Positions 8,299 to 16,524 of a DNA stretch of 32,307 bases are shown here, piece after piece; position 1 is the first letter of the stretch; each line of letters starts with the position of its first letter. Made by a program: the position numbers and the translations under genes. Location of the stretch: the NCBI GenBank assembly GCA_035639595.1, contig DASQXV010000028.1, forward strand, positions 1 through 32,307, given 5' to 3'. The notes under the pieces were generated by a model. It was given only the letters and a program-made list of their open reading frames with translations. It ran no database searches and was not told the DNA's origin. This stretch comes from Thermoplasmata archaeon. GTDB lineage: Archaea > Thermoplasmatota > Thermoplasmata > RBG-16-68-12.

Positions 8299-8916
8299 CT
8301 ATTGATTGAAGGTCTCGACCTTTGCGAACGTCGATTTGAGGTACTTGATCAGGACGTCGCGGTTCCGCCGGAGGTGGCTCTCGTACCACACCCGGACGAG
8401 CTCCGCGAACAGCTTGTGCAGGTCGTCCACGTTCGCCTTGTCGATCGGCTCGTCGTACAGGGTGTGGATGTTCCAGATCCGCTTCCACCCGCTGTACTTG
8501 AAGTAGTGTTCGCCCTCGCAATATTCGAAGGTCACCTTGAGGTGGGGCTTGCCGTCTGCCTCGACGTAATTGACCTTGAGGGCGTCTCCGACGCGGCCCT
8601 GCTCCATCGACCGGTCGAGCAGCTGGATCGTCTGGACCGCCGCGGGATTGAAGCCGGGCCGCCAGTGCCACTCGCCGTCCGGGAACGTGTCCGGGAACAC
8701 GGCCCAGTTCGTATATGAGGGCTCGAGGGCGAAGTGGACGTTGATCTTGTTGAACCGCTTCCAGACCTTCCAGAAGTCCTCGATCAGCGTGCGGTTCAAT
8801 TCGAGGCGGGCGACGTTCTGCTCGCCGACGTCCTCGATGATCTCGCGGGTCTTCTTTTCGAGCTCCGCGTCCAGGGAGGAGAACCAGTCATCCCCCTTGG
8901 CCTTCTTCGCCGCCAT
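8299..8916 (-). CDS. Hypothetical soluble protein (205 aa, W/F/Y/K-rich), no family recognised
   Basis: The track start at 8922 is a TTG; the ATG at 8916 gives MAAKKAKGDDWFSSLD.... The composition is clean and protein-like, unlike the off-frame ORFs. No TM segment and no motif I can name. Confidence 0.65.
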   Translation of the reverse strand: MAAKKAKGDDWFSSLDAELEKKTREIIEDVGEQNVARLELNRTLIEDFWKVWKRFNKINVHFALEPSYTNWAVFPDTFPDGEWHWRPGFNPAAVQTIQLLDRSMEQGRVGDALKVNYVEADGKPHLKVTFEYCEGEHYFKYSGWKRIWNIHTLYDEPIDKANVDDLHKLFAELVRVWYESHLRRNRDVLIKYLKSTFAKVETFNQ

Positions 8917-8958
8917 GGCCAAGTCCCTTCTCTCCTTTGCGCCGAATGAAATGTCTCG

Positions 8959-8967
8959 CTATATAGG
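8959..8967 (-). promoter_or_regulatory. TATA box (CTATATAGG) upstream of the 8299..8916 gene
   Basis: Strong AT-rich box centred about 47 nt upstream of the ATG at 8916. It is nearly palindromic, so it could also fire rightwards into the 8970..9175 spacer. Confidence 0.4.
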
Positions 8968-9251
8968 TATTTGTCACCCGCTATCTGGAGGGGGCACGAC
9001 CTTGTTTGAAGAGAAAATTCGTCAGGATGGCTCGGGATGCTCGCGCGGGGTCCCTGACCGCGGATGGTTGCGCGGATTGTCGCGAGGTTGGGAATGCCGC
9101 ACGCATGTTTAAGACGTGAGTCGTCCACATCGATGCATCAACGGGGCCTGCCCCCAGGAGGAGTTAGACCCCACCATGGCTTCGAAGAAAACCAAGAAGG
9201 CGAAGAAAGGCAAGCGCTAGGCGACGGCCGCTGCCGATCAGTTGTGGACTT

Positions 9252-11141
9252 TCACCTTTTTCCTTTTTTTCCTCCCTTCTCTTCGCCGCGGACGCGTGCC
9301 GCAAGCCGCTCCCGGAGGACGTCGCTCACGAGCTTCCCGTCCGCCCGACCGCGGACCTTCTCCATGACTCGGCCCATCAGCGCCTTCTCCGCGGATGCGC
9401 CACGGGCCACGACCGTCTCCGCGGACTCGTCCAATACGGAATCGACGATTGATACGAGTTCTTGGCGAGGCATTCCTGTGACGCCCAGGTTGGCCAGGGC
9501 ATCTGTCGCCCGGACGCCGCCACGGGCCATCTCCCTCAGGAGGTCGGGCACGGCCTCCTTCGCGAACCGTCCCGCCTTCAGGAGGGAGAACAGCTCGCGC
9601 AGGCGATCCAGCGGAATCCCATCGACGTCGAGGCCCTCCCGGCGCAATTCTCCGAAGGTGTAGAGGAGCACGGTCGCCACGAGTCGCGCCTCTCCGAATT
9701 CGCGGGCGATCATCTCGAAGACGTCGTCGACGCCTTCTTGGACGAGCTGCTGGGCTTGCTGACCGTGGATCCCGTACTCGTGCGCAATCCGTGCGATTGT
9801 GACCTCGGGCCGCTCCGGGAGGGATTCGCGGATCCTCTCCAACCGCTCCGACGTCACCCGGGTCGGCGGCACGTCCGTCTCAGGGTACATGCGCGCCCGG
9901 CCCGGGAGCGGACGGCTGTAGACGGTCGTCCCGTCGGGCCGCGGTTCGCGCGTTTCCGGCGGGACGCCTTGGATCGCCGCGGCCGCCCGCGGGATCATTT
10001 CCCCGAACGCGGCCCGGGCCCGGCCCTCCTCCTCGGCCACGAGGACGAATGCGTCTTGGTCTCCGAGCTTCAGCTCGCGGCGGACCGCGTCGACTTCCGC
10101 GGACGAGATGCCGTACGCGGGCAGTTCGTCGGAGTGGAAGATGCCTCCCACGCCCGCGATGCGCGCATGGGCGGCGAGTTCGGGCCCGATCTTCTCCTTC
10201 AGGAGGCCCGCGAACCCCGGGAGGACCGCGCCGAGGACGATCCCTCCCTTCTTCAGGGCGGAGCCCACGACCTTCGACTCCGTCCCGCGGAACAAGGAGG
10301 TCAGGTCCCGCGGTTCCGGATGGACCGCCCGAACGCCGCGGCGCCGCAGTTCGGCTGCGACCTCGAGGAGCATCCGCTGCCGCTCGACCTCCTTCTCGAC
10401 GAACGTCGCGATGAGCCGGAGTTCCTGTACCCCCTTGATCTCGATCCGCGCGCCCCCTTCGATGGAGACGTTCAGGTCCTCGCGGATTGTCCCGATCCCT
10501 CGCATCACCTTCCGCGTGGCGCGGAGGAGGGATCCGAAGGCGAGGGCGACGTCCCGCGCCTCCTCAGGGGTCTCGATGTTCGGCGTCGTCGCGATTTCGA
10601 CGAGCGGGATGCCCAGGCGGTCGAGGCGGTACACGACCTCGCCCTCCGCCTCCCCGAGCTTGCGGGCGGCGTCCTCCTCCAGGAGGAGGGTCGGCACCCC
10701 GATCCGCTTGCCTCCCACCTCGAGCCCGCCATCGAGGGCGACGAGGGCGGACCGCTGGAAGCCCGCGGTGTTCGACCCGTCGATCACGATCTTCCGCATG
10801 AAGTCGACCTCCGCGACGGGCTTCGCGCCCAGCAGGAGGGCGATTTCCAGGGCGATGTCGAGGGCCTCTGGGTTCGGCAGGTGGGGCGGCTCCTCGTCCG
10901 CTTCGACCAGACAGGAGTTCGGCGTGGCCTCGTATACGAAGGTGAGGTGGCGTTTCGCCTCCTCCACCGCGGCCGCGTCGATCTCGCCCAATTCGGACTG
11001 GGTCGGCCGTAAGCGGCGGCGGAACCGCGCGCCTCCGAAGGCGTCCACAAGGGCCGATGCGTCCGCGCAAAACAGCTTGTGCGTCGCGAGCTGCTGGTGG
11101 ATCTCCAGACCGACCTTCAGTCCGAGGGCGCGATAGTCCAT
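9252..11141 (-). CDS. gatE: Glutamyl-tRNA(Gln) amidotransferase subunit E
   Basis: 629 aa beginning MDYRALGLKVGLEIHQQL. It is collinear over its whole length with archaeal GatE (GatB-like core with insertion domain and C-terminal tail). Confidence 0.95.
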   Translation of the reverse strand: MDYRALGLKVGLEIHQQLATHKLFCADASALVDAFGGARFRRRLRPTQSELGEIDAAAVEEAKRHLTFVYEATPNSCLVEADEEPPHLPNPEALDIALEIALLLGAKPVAEVDFMRKIVIDGSNTAGFQRSALVALDGGLEVGGKRIGVPTLLLEEDAARKLGEAEGEVVYRLDRLGIPLVEIATTPNIETPEEARDVALAFGSLLRATRKVMRGIGTIREDLNVSIEGGARIEIKGVQELRLIATFVEKEVERQRMLLEVAAELRRRGVRAVHPEPRDLTSLFRGTESKVVGSALKKGGIVLGAVLPGFAGLLKEKIGPELAAHARIAGVGGIFHSDELPAYGISSAEVDAVRRELKLGDQDAFVLVAEEEGRARAAFGEMIPRAAAAIQGVPPETREPRPDGTTVYSRPLPGRARMYPETDVPPTRVTSERLERIRESLPERPEVTIARIAHEYGIHGQQAQQLVQEGVDDVFEMIAREFGEARLVATVLLYTFGELRREGLDVDGIPLDRLRELFSLLKAGRFAKEAVPDLLREMARGGVRATDALANLGVTGMPRQELVSIVDSVLDESAETVVARGASAEKALMGRVMEKVRGRADGKLVSDVLRERLAARVRGEEKGGKKGKR

Positions 11142-11168
11142 CGGCGGGAGGAAGCCCGGCCCCGGGGA

Positions 11169-11612
11169 TTAAGCCTTTTCCGCCGCAGGGACGCCGGCCT
11201 TCCGGAGCGTTTCCTCGAGTTCCGCGATCTTGTTCTCCGCGGTCTCGAGCTCCGCCTCGAGCAGGTCGATCCGCGCCGCCGACTCCTTGAGCTCCGACCA
11301 GAGGATGTGGTACCGGCGGCTCGCGCGGTACTCCCGCAGCGGCTCGGGGTCCGTGGGCTCCGGCTCCCCGTCCGTCGCGAGGATGTTCTTGACGTAGAAC
11401 TCCTTGTCGAGCTCCGGCATCGCCGCGATCCGGAGCAGGAGCTGGTTCGGGTACTCCGGCTTCAGGGCCGACGCCGCACGCAGGGCCATCATCACGGCGT
11501 ACTCGCCGCAGCAGTTGAAGTCGCGGGTCGGCGCATGGTTCTCCCCATGCGTCTGCCGGTGCGTCTGAGCGAGCATGTCCCAGATGCGGTTGTACTCGTC
11601 CTCGGCGGACAT
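11169..11612 (-). CDS. Hypothetical protein with C-terminal coiled-coil segment, directly upstream of gatE
   Basis: ATG at 11612, 147 aa. The C-terminus WSELKESAARIDLLEAELETAENKIAELEETLRKAG is heptad-like. Only 27 nt separate its stop from the gatE start, so co-transcription is likely. Confidence 0.6.
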   Translation of the reverse strand: MSAEDEYNRIWDMLAQTHRQTHGENHAPTRDFNCCGEYAVMMALRAASALKPEYPNQLLLRIAAMPELDKEFYVKNILATDGEPEPTDPEPLREYRASRRYHILWSELKESAARIDLLEAELETAENKIAELEETLRKAGVPAAEKA

Positions 11613-11682
11613 CTCCCTTGGGAACGCGTCCGCTCACGAAGTACCTTTGGAATCGTCGCAGGGCTGCGACTGGGGGCGATGG

Positions 11683-11690
11683 CTTTTTGA
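11683..11690 (+). promoter_or_regulatory. T-rich TATA-like box (CTTTTTGA) about 29 nt upstream of the ATG at 11715
   Basis: The box centre is 28.5 nt from the start codon, which implies a leaderless transcript. Confidence 0.35.
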
Positions 11691-11714
11691 CCCCGGCGGG
11701 CACCGGGTCCTCCG

Positions 11715-12056
11715 ATGGGCTGGTTCTTCGACTTCGCGAAACGCCGGATCGTCGGGTACATCCTCTTCTGGACCCTCGTCCTCCTGTTCATCGGGATCTT
11801 CTACCAGGGGAACCCGCCCGCCCAGGCCGGCGGGCTGCTCATCCTCGGCCTCGCCTTCCTCGGCTCCCTCCTGTACACCCGGCGGATGAAGCGGCGGCAG
11901 CGCGCGAAGCGGGAGGCCGAGGAGCGGATGAAGCAGTGGCAGGAGTGGCAGCGGGCCCAACAGGCCCAGTATGCGCAGCGGCTGCAGCAGTGGCAGGCGC
12001 AGCAGGCCCAGCAAGCCCAGACGGTGCTCCAGCAGCGATCGAAGGGCGGCCGCTAG
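11715..12056 (+). CDS. Small two-TM membrane protein with basic, Q/W-rich C-terminal tail
   Basis: ATG at 11715. TM segments IVGYILFWTLVLLFIGIFY and GGLLILGLAFLGSLLY are followed by RRMKRRQRAKREAEERMKQWQEWQRAQQAQYAQRLQQWQAQQAQQAQ. Confidence 0.6.
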   Translation: MGWFFDFAKRRIVGYILFWTLVLLFIGIFYQGNPPAQAGGLLILGLAFLGSLLYTRRMKRRQRAKREAEERMKQWQEWQRAQQAQYAQRLQQWQAQQAQQAQTVLQQRSKGGR

Positions 12057-12526
12057 CGGCTCGGTCCCCGGTCCGATTCCCGATAAGGGGATTTCAGGGT
12101 GCCTTCCTCGCGCTTGACCCGCTGCTCCTTTTCGTGCTTGAGCCACGCGAGCAGCCGGGATGCGGCCCCGAACGGACGGAACTCGAACACGACCTTCCCG
12201 TGGTCCGCGTCCGTCGCGTGGACGAGGACCCGCTTCCGCTTGTGGACGACGTCGATTGCCTCTTCGAACGGAATCTCGTGATAGCGCTTGCCCTTCTTCC
12301 CACCCGGCAGGTCGAGCCAATCCGAATCCAGGAGGAGGAGCCGACGCCGCGTCTGCCACGCCCATCCCTTCCGTTGGCCGACCAAGGTCTTCTTGGCGAG
12401 GGCGACGGAGCGGTAAACCTCGTACCGTAGCTCGCGGTATCCGATGATCTGGTCCCCCCCGGAAAGGACGGGCTCGTTCGCCTCCGTGAGGACGACCCCG
12501 ACCTCCCCGACCTCGTCGATTTTCAT
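12053..12526 (-). CDS. Hypothetical protein immediately downstream of gatD
   Basis: The ATG at 12526 is 9 nt after the gatD stop, so an operon is likely. 157 aa with mixed beta/alpha-type composition and a basic tail. No family recognised. Its stop overlaps the convergent 11715..12056 gene by 4 nt. Confidence 0.6.
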   Translation of the reverse strand: MKIDEVGEVGVVLTEANEPVLSGGDQIIGYRELRYEVYRSVALAKKTLVGQRKGWAWQTRRRLLLLDSDWLDLPGGKKGKRYHEIPFEEAIDVVHKRKRVLVHATDADHGKVVFEFRPFGAASRLLAWLKHEKEQRVKREEGTLKSPYRESDRGPSR

Positions 12527-12535
12527 CCCCCGACC

Positions 12536-13840
12536 TCATTCCGCGAACTCGTCGAGGCCGATCCGGGGGTTGATCTCGCCGGCGACGTTGGCCAGCATCG
12601 CCCGGGCGACCTCCTTGGGTTCGCGGGTGTGGCCGAGGACCCACATCAGCTTCACGAGGGCGGTCTCCGGCGTCATGTCCTCCCCCTCGATGACCCCGGC
12701 CTTCAGCAGGTCGCGGCCCGTGTCGTAGACGCGCAAGCTGACGCGCCCCTGCAGCGTCTGCGTCGTCATGACGACCGCGACGCCGTCCCGGATCGCCTTC
12801 TGGAGGATCGGGATCAGGTCGTGGGCCACGTGCCCGAGCCCGGTCCCCGCGATCACGAGCCCGTGGACGCCGCGAAGGATCGCCTCGAGCTCCCCCGTAG
12901 GCTGACCGGGGTAGAAGTACGTCAGGCCGACCTTCGGGTCCAGGGCGTCATCGACCTTCGTCGGCCCCGGGGCCCGCGGGAGGGCGCGGTCGGACAGCTC
13001 CACGCGGCCGTCCGCGAGGACTCGGCCGAGGGGGGTCGCGTTCAGGGAGCGGAACGCGTCCCGCCGCGACGAATGCATCTTCCGGACCTTCGTCCCGCGA
13101 TGGACCGTGGCATACGTGTCACCGGTCTCGCCGTGCATCACGGCGACGACCTCGCCCAGGTTCGCGACCCCGACGTGGGCGGCGGCGACCAGGTTCAGGG
13201 CCGCGTCGGAGGAGGGGCGGTCGCTCGACCTCTGGGCGCCCACCACGGCGACAGGCCCGGTCAGGTCTCGGAGCATGAAGGAGAGGGCGGCCGTCGTGAA
13301 GTGGAGGGTGTCCGTCCCGTGCGGGATGATGACGCCCGACGCCCCGCCGTTCAGCTCCTTCGTGGCCTCGCGGGCGAGGTGCTGCCAGTTCTCCGGCTTC
13401 AGGTCTTCGCTGTAGACGCTGTAGATGACCCGCGCGCGGACGTTCCCGATCTCGAGGAGCTCGGGGACGCTGAGGACGAGTTCGTCCGCGGTCACGGCGG
13501 GATGGACGGCCCCGGTCCGGTAGTCCACGTAGGACGCGATCGTCCCTCCCGTGCCGAGGACGGCGAGGGTCGTCTTGCCCTTCGCAGGGGCCGGGGGCGT
13601 CCGCCGGACCGAAGGCGGTGCCCGCTTCCCGATGACCTCGATCGAATCGATCTCCCGGATCTCGATGCCGACGTTGTACCCGTTGGGTAGCTTGACGGTC
13701 AGCATGTCCTCGCCGCTGAAGCCGTGGTGGGGCATGAGGACGCCCTCGTAACGTCCCGCCTTCGCGTGGACCACGACGGAGTCGCCCTCGTCCGCCTTCG
13801 CGCGGTCCAGGAGGGCCCGCACCCGCGGCGGGTATTCCAT
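12536..13840 (-). CDS. gatD: Glutamyl-tRNA(Gln) amidotransferase subunit D
   Basis: 434 aa with a GatD-type N-terminal domain (MEYPPRVRALL...GVLMPH...) followed by an asparaginase-like domain carrying the LGTGGTIAS and HGTDT motifs. Confidence 0.95.
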   Translation of the reverse strand: MEYPPRVRALLDRAKADEGDSVVVHAKAGRYEGVLMPHHGFSGEDMLTVKLPNGYNVGIEIREIDSIEVIGKRAPPSVRRTPPAPAKGKTTLAVLGTGGTIASYVDYRTGAVHPAVTADELVLSVPELLEIGNVRARVIYSVYSEDLKPENWQHLAREATKELNGGASGVIIPHGTDTLHFTTAALSFMLRDLTGPVAVVGAQRSSDRPSSDAALNLVAAAHVGVANLGEVVAVMHGETGDTYATVHRGTKVRKMHSSRRDAFRSLNATPLGRVLADGRVELSDRALPRAPGPTKVDDALDPKVGLTYFYPGQPTGELEAILRGVHGLVIAGTGLGHVAHDLIPILQKAIRDGVAVVMTTQTLQGRVSLRVYDTGRDLLKAGVIEGEDMTPETALVKLMWVLGHTREPKEVARAMLANVAGEINPRIGLDEFAE

Positions 13841-13915
13841 GCCCCTCGGAACCGGCGGGGCCGATATGGTCTTTGTGCCGCGAAGGGCAAGAGCCCGCTC
13901 GGCCTATGCGAAGGC

Positions 13916-14188
13916 GTGGGGAAGACCGCGCGCGAGGTCCTCAACGAGCTGCGATGGCGCGAGCCAAGTCGCATCCGGGACGCGGTCATCTTCTATCGGG
14001 ACCGCACGCGGAAGGAGGGATTCCGGACGATTCGAGGGTCCGAAATCGGCGAGGTCGAACGGCGATACTTCTCAATCGTCGGCGCTCGCCTGCCGTACTA
14101 CAAGATCGAGCGGATCGAAGAAGGCGGTCGCGTCTTGTTCCAACGCGGGACGCAGGGTCCGGGTCTCAGCCCGACCTCTGACCCATGA
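13916..14188 (+). CDS. DUF504 / MJ1316-type small protein (UPF0248-like)
   Basis: AREVLNELRWREPSRIRDAVIFYRDRTRKEGFRTIRGSEIGEVERRYFSIVGARLPYYKIERIEEGGRVLF fits the roughly 80-aa archaeal DUF504 pattern. The track ORF 13724..14188 overlaps gatD. The first in-frame start beyond gatD is the GTG at 13916, so the start is uncertain. Confidence 0.6.
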   Translation: MGKTAREVLNELRWREPSRIRDAVIFYRDRTRKEGFRTIRGSEIGEVERRYFSIVGARLPYYKIERIEEGGRVLFQRGTQGPGLSPTSDP

Positions 14189-14242
14189 GGACGCCCTGTT
14201 GCTGGTGGGTGTGGGGAATCGAGTGGAGATCGTCTTGCGGGC

Positions 14243-14632
14243 CTAGTCCGGTTCGCGCTGGGACCATGGCATGTACGGCTTCGCGGCCGCGAGGATCGCC
14301 CCTATGATTCCAACGATCCCGCCGAGCAACCCGGGCTGGGCGCCGTAGTAGATCAAGAGGATGCCGAGGATGCCCGCAACGGTCGCCCCGTTCATCAGGT
14401 TCTTCCGTGAGATCGCGGCCGCCGCAAACAGCGATCCGCCCAGGACGAGGTTGAGGAGTACGATCACCACGACGTTGTTCAACTGGTTCGTCGGGATCCC
14501 GGGAGGCGTAGCATACGGAATTCCGTATTGGGTCGCGGACAGGAGGATCGCAAGGGCGCCGCCCAGCATCAAGAGCAGTTCATGAGGCTGCTTCGCCCCG
14601 AGCTCGCCCGGGCCCCTTCTGCGTTGGGTCAT
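14243..14632 (-). CDS. Small 4-TM membrane protein, paralogue A
   Basis: ATG at 14632, 129 aa. It aligns without gaps to the 14796..15164 product from KQPHELLLMLGG to AILAAAKPY(M/L)PWS. Confidence 0.7.
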   Translation of the reverse strand: MTQRRRGPGELGAKQPHELLLMLGGALAILLSATQYGIPYATPPGIPTNQLNNVVVIVLLNLVLGGSLFAAAAISRKNLMNGATVAGILGILLIYYGAQPGLLGGIVGIIGAILAAAKPYMPWSQREPD

Positions 14633-14729
14633 GGTCTGGCGGACGACGCTCCCACGCAGGCCATATGGCTTCCGGCTCCATTCACAGGATTGATAACCAG
14701 CGGGCCTGGAAGCCGGTCAAGCTTGCGAA

Positions 14730-14758
14730 GGAAAAACAAAAAGGGGTAGGAGTTCCCC
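14730..14758 (-). terminator. Hairpin plus T5GT5 tract downstream of paralogue B
   Basis: The minus strand reads GGGGAACTCCTACCCC followed by TTTTTGTTTTTCC, starting about 37 nt after the stop at 14796. Oligo-T tracts are the known archaeal termination signal. Confidence 0.5.
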
Positions 14759-14795
14759 TGATCGAGGGGCGACCGAGTCCGACGTCGGGGTCGTC

Positions 14796-15164
14796 TCAGT
14801 CTGAGTCATTCCGGGACCATGGGAGGTAGGGCTTCGCCGCGGCGAGGATCGCGCCGAAGATCCCGATGACGCCGCTGATCTGGCCGAACTGGCCGCCGAA
14901 GTAGATCAGGATCACGCTGATTACTCCGGCCACGATCGCGCCGTTCATCAGGTTCCGCCGCGAGATTGCCGAGGACGCCCACAGGGCCGCACCGAGGACG
15001 ACGTTGATGATCACTCCCGTCGCCACGGTGGAGTATTGCGCCTGCGAAATCCCTGGAGGCGTCGCCCACCGGATCCCAGTCGTCGCGAGGGTCAGGAGGA
15101 CCGCCAGCAGACCGCCGAGCATCAGCAGCAGCTCGTGCGGCTGCTTCGTGCTCAGGTTCGACAT
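14796..15164 (-). CDS. Small 4-TM membrane protein, paralogue B
   Basis: Track ORF 14796..15461 trimmed to the ATG at 15164 (MSNLSTKQPHELLL...), 122 aa. The upstream extension is R/P/G-rich. Confidence 0.7.
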   Translation of the reverse strand: MSNLSTKQPHELLLMLGGLLAVLLTLATTGIRWATPPGISQAQYSTVATGVIINVVLGAALWASSAISRRNLMNGAIVAGVISVILIYFGGQFGQISGVIGIFGAILAAAKPYLPWSRNDSD

Positions 15165-15287
15165 GGCCCGTCCGCTCTCGTAGCCGTGGGACATGGGTGC
15201 CCCGACCGGACCTCCCGCCGATAAGGGTTCTCGCCCGGCTGGCGGAAAGTGAGAATCAGGTCCGAGTGCGACCTGAGAATCAAACGC

Positions 15288-15330
15288 GGGGACAAGACGG
15301 AGGGCCGCCCCGACGTAAGTTCTTGTCCCC
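15288..15330 (+). other. Perfect 10-bp stem (GGGGACAAGA / TCTTGTCCCC) with 23-nt loop, 27 nt upstream of the ATG at 15357
   Basis: Read directly from the sequence. It is preceded by two copies of TGAGAATCA (15250..15258 and 15274..15282) that flank GGTCcgagtgcGACC. Confidence 0.4.
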
Positions 15331-15356
15331 CTCCCGCGGTATCCGCGCGGCGAAAC

Positions 15357-15638
15357 ATGGCGAAATTTCCAGACGAGGTCCTGGCGCACACGAAGAAAGG
15401 CGAGGTCGAGGTCCGCTCCCTCGTCGATCGCGGCCGCTACGTCCGGTACCGGTACCTGCACCCGGAGACCGGCGAGCCGATGGAAGGGGGAAAGGTGAAG
15501 CTCGTCCTGCAGTCGGACTCCGGACGCACCGAGGAGTACTTCATCATCCCGACGAAGTCGAGACGAGACCTACTGATCCCTGCCGCCGAGAAGGGGGATC
15601 GGAAGGTCTGGGACGGCACGCGGGCAGTGGACCTGTAG
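15357..15638 (+). CDS. Hypothetical small basic protein (93 aa)
   Basis: Track ORF 15249..15638 (GTG) trimmed to the ATG at 15357, giving MAKFPDEVLAHTKKGEVEVRSLVDRGRYVRYRYLHPETGEPMEGGKVKLVLQSD.... The composition looks beta-rich. No family recognised. Confidence 0.5.
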   Translation: MAKFPDEVLAHTKKGEVEVRSLVDRGRYVRYRYLHPETGEPMEGGKVKLVLQSDSGRTEEYFIIPTKSRRDLLIPAAEKGDRKVWDGTRAVDL

Positions 15639-15699
15639 CCGGCAAATTCGAGCCGCTCGACATCCGCGGCTTCGGAGCGGGGTCTCCACGGGATCGGCG

Positions 15700-16431
15700 C
15701 TACGCGGGGAGGACTTCGTACACGATCCGGTCCGTCTCCTTGCCCTTCGACCGTTTCTCGAGAATATGGACCCGGCCGATCTCGGAGACGTTCTTCAGAT
15801 GGGTGCCGCCGCATGGGCAATAGTCGGCGTTCCCGATTTGGATGATCCGGAGACGCCTCACCGATTCGGGGATCAGGTCGAGGAGCGCGCGGTCTTCGAT
15901 CTTGTTGTGGACCACGACACGGTCCTCCTCGAAGATCCGGACCGCCTGGGCCGTCCCGATGACCTTGTTGCACTCGTCCTCGATCCGTTGCATATGCTCC
16001 GGGGTGAAGTTCGCGGGCTGGAAGTCCACCCGGCTGTGGTCCGTGTGGATCTGGTTCCCAACGGTCCGCGCGGCATAGATTCGGAACACGAGGCCGGACA
16101 TGAGATGCTGCGAGGTGTGCATCCGCATGTGCTTGTATCGTCGGTCCCAATCGACGATGCCGTGGACGGCCTCCTCCGAGGGCATCCGGTCGACGTAGTG
16201 CTTGATCACGCCCTTTTCCTTCGTGACTCGGAGGACCTGGGCCTCGCCACCCGGCCATCGGAGGACGCCCGTATCGTACGGTTGCCCGCCGCCCTCCGCG
16301 TAGAACAAGGTCTGGTCGAGGACGATGAAATCGGGACCTCGGTCGACGATGTGCCCATCGAACTCCTGCGCGTAGCAGGGATCGGGCTCTTGTCCCCGAC
16401 GTTCCTCCATGTACAGGACCCGGGTCGCCAT
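15700..16431 (-). CDS. alaX: Alanyl-tRNA editing protein AlaX (AlaX-M size)
   Basis: HTSQH (HxxxH) and CPCGGTH (CxxxH) are the zinc motifs of the Ala/Thr-tRNA synthetase editing domain. 243 aa from the ATG at 16431, which has a TATA-like box about 29 nt upstream. Confidence 0.85.
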   Translation of the reverse strand: MATRVLYMEERRGQEPDPCYAQEFDGHIVDRGPDFIVLDQTLFYAEGGGQPYDTGVLRWPGGEAQVLRVTKEKGVIKHYVDRMPSEEAVHGIVDWDRRYKHMRMHTSQHLMSGLVFRIYAARTVGNQIHTDHSRVDFQPANFTPEHMQRIEDECNKVIGTAQAVRIFEEDRVVVHNKIEDRALLDLIPESVRRLRIIQIGNADYCPCGGTHLKNVSEIGRVHILEKRSKGKETDRIVYEVLPA

Positions 16432-16455
16432 CGGGACGGGCCAAGCGACCGGGGA

Positions 16456-16463
16456 ACATAAAA
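16456..16463 (-). promoter_or_regulatory. TATA-like box (minus strand CTTTTATG) for alaX
   Basis: The box centre is 28.5 nt from the ATG at 16431, which implies a leaderless transcript. Confidence 0.45.
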
Positions 16464-16524
16464 GCCGCGGCGCGAAGCCGAGATGCTCCGGGAAGGAGTG
16501 ACTCAACTCGGCGCAGGGGCCGGT

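Noticed and set aside
9176-9220. 14-codon Lys-rich mini-ORF MASKKTKKAKKGKR with AGGAGGAG about 13 nt upstream
   Set aside because: It is too short to support and does not look like ribosomal protein L41e. Its complement (CTTGCCTTTCTTCGCCTTCTTGGTTTTCTTCG) is a T/C-rich tract immediately downstream of the gatE stop, which more plausibly functions in termination. It is kept only as a curiosity within the spacer finding.
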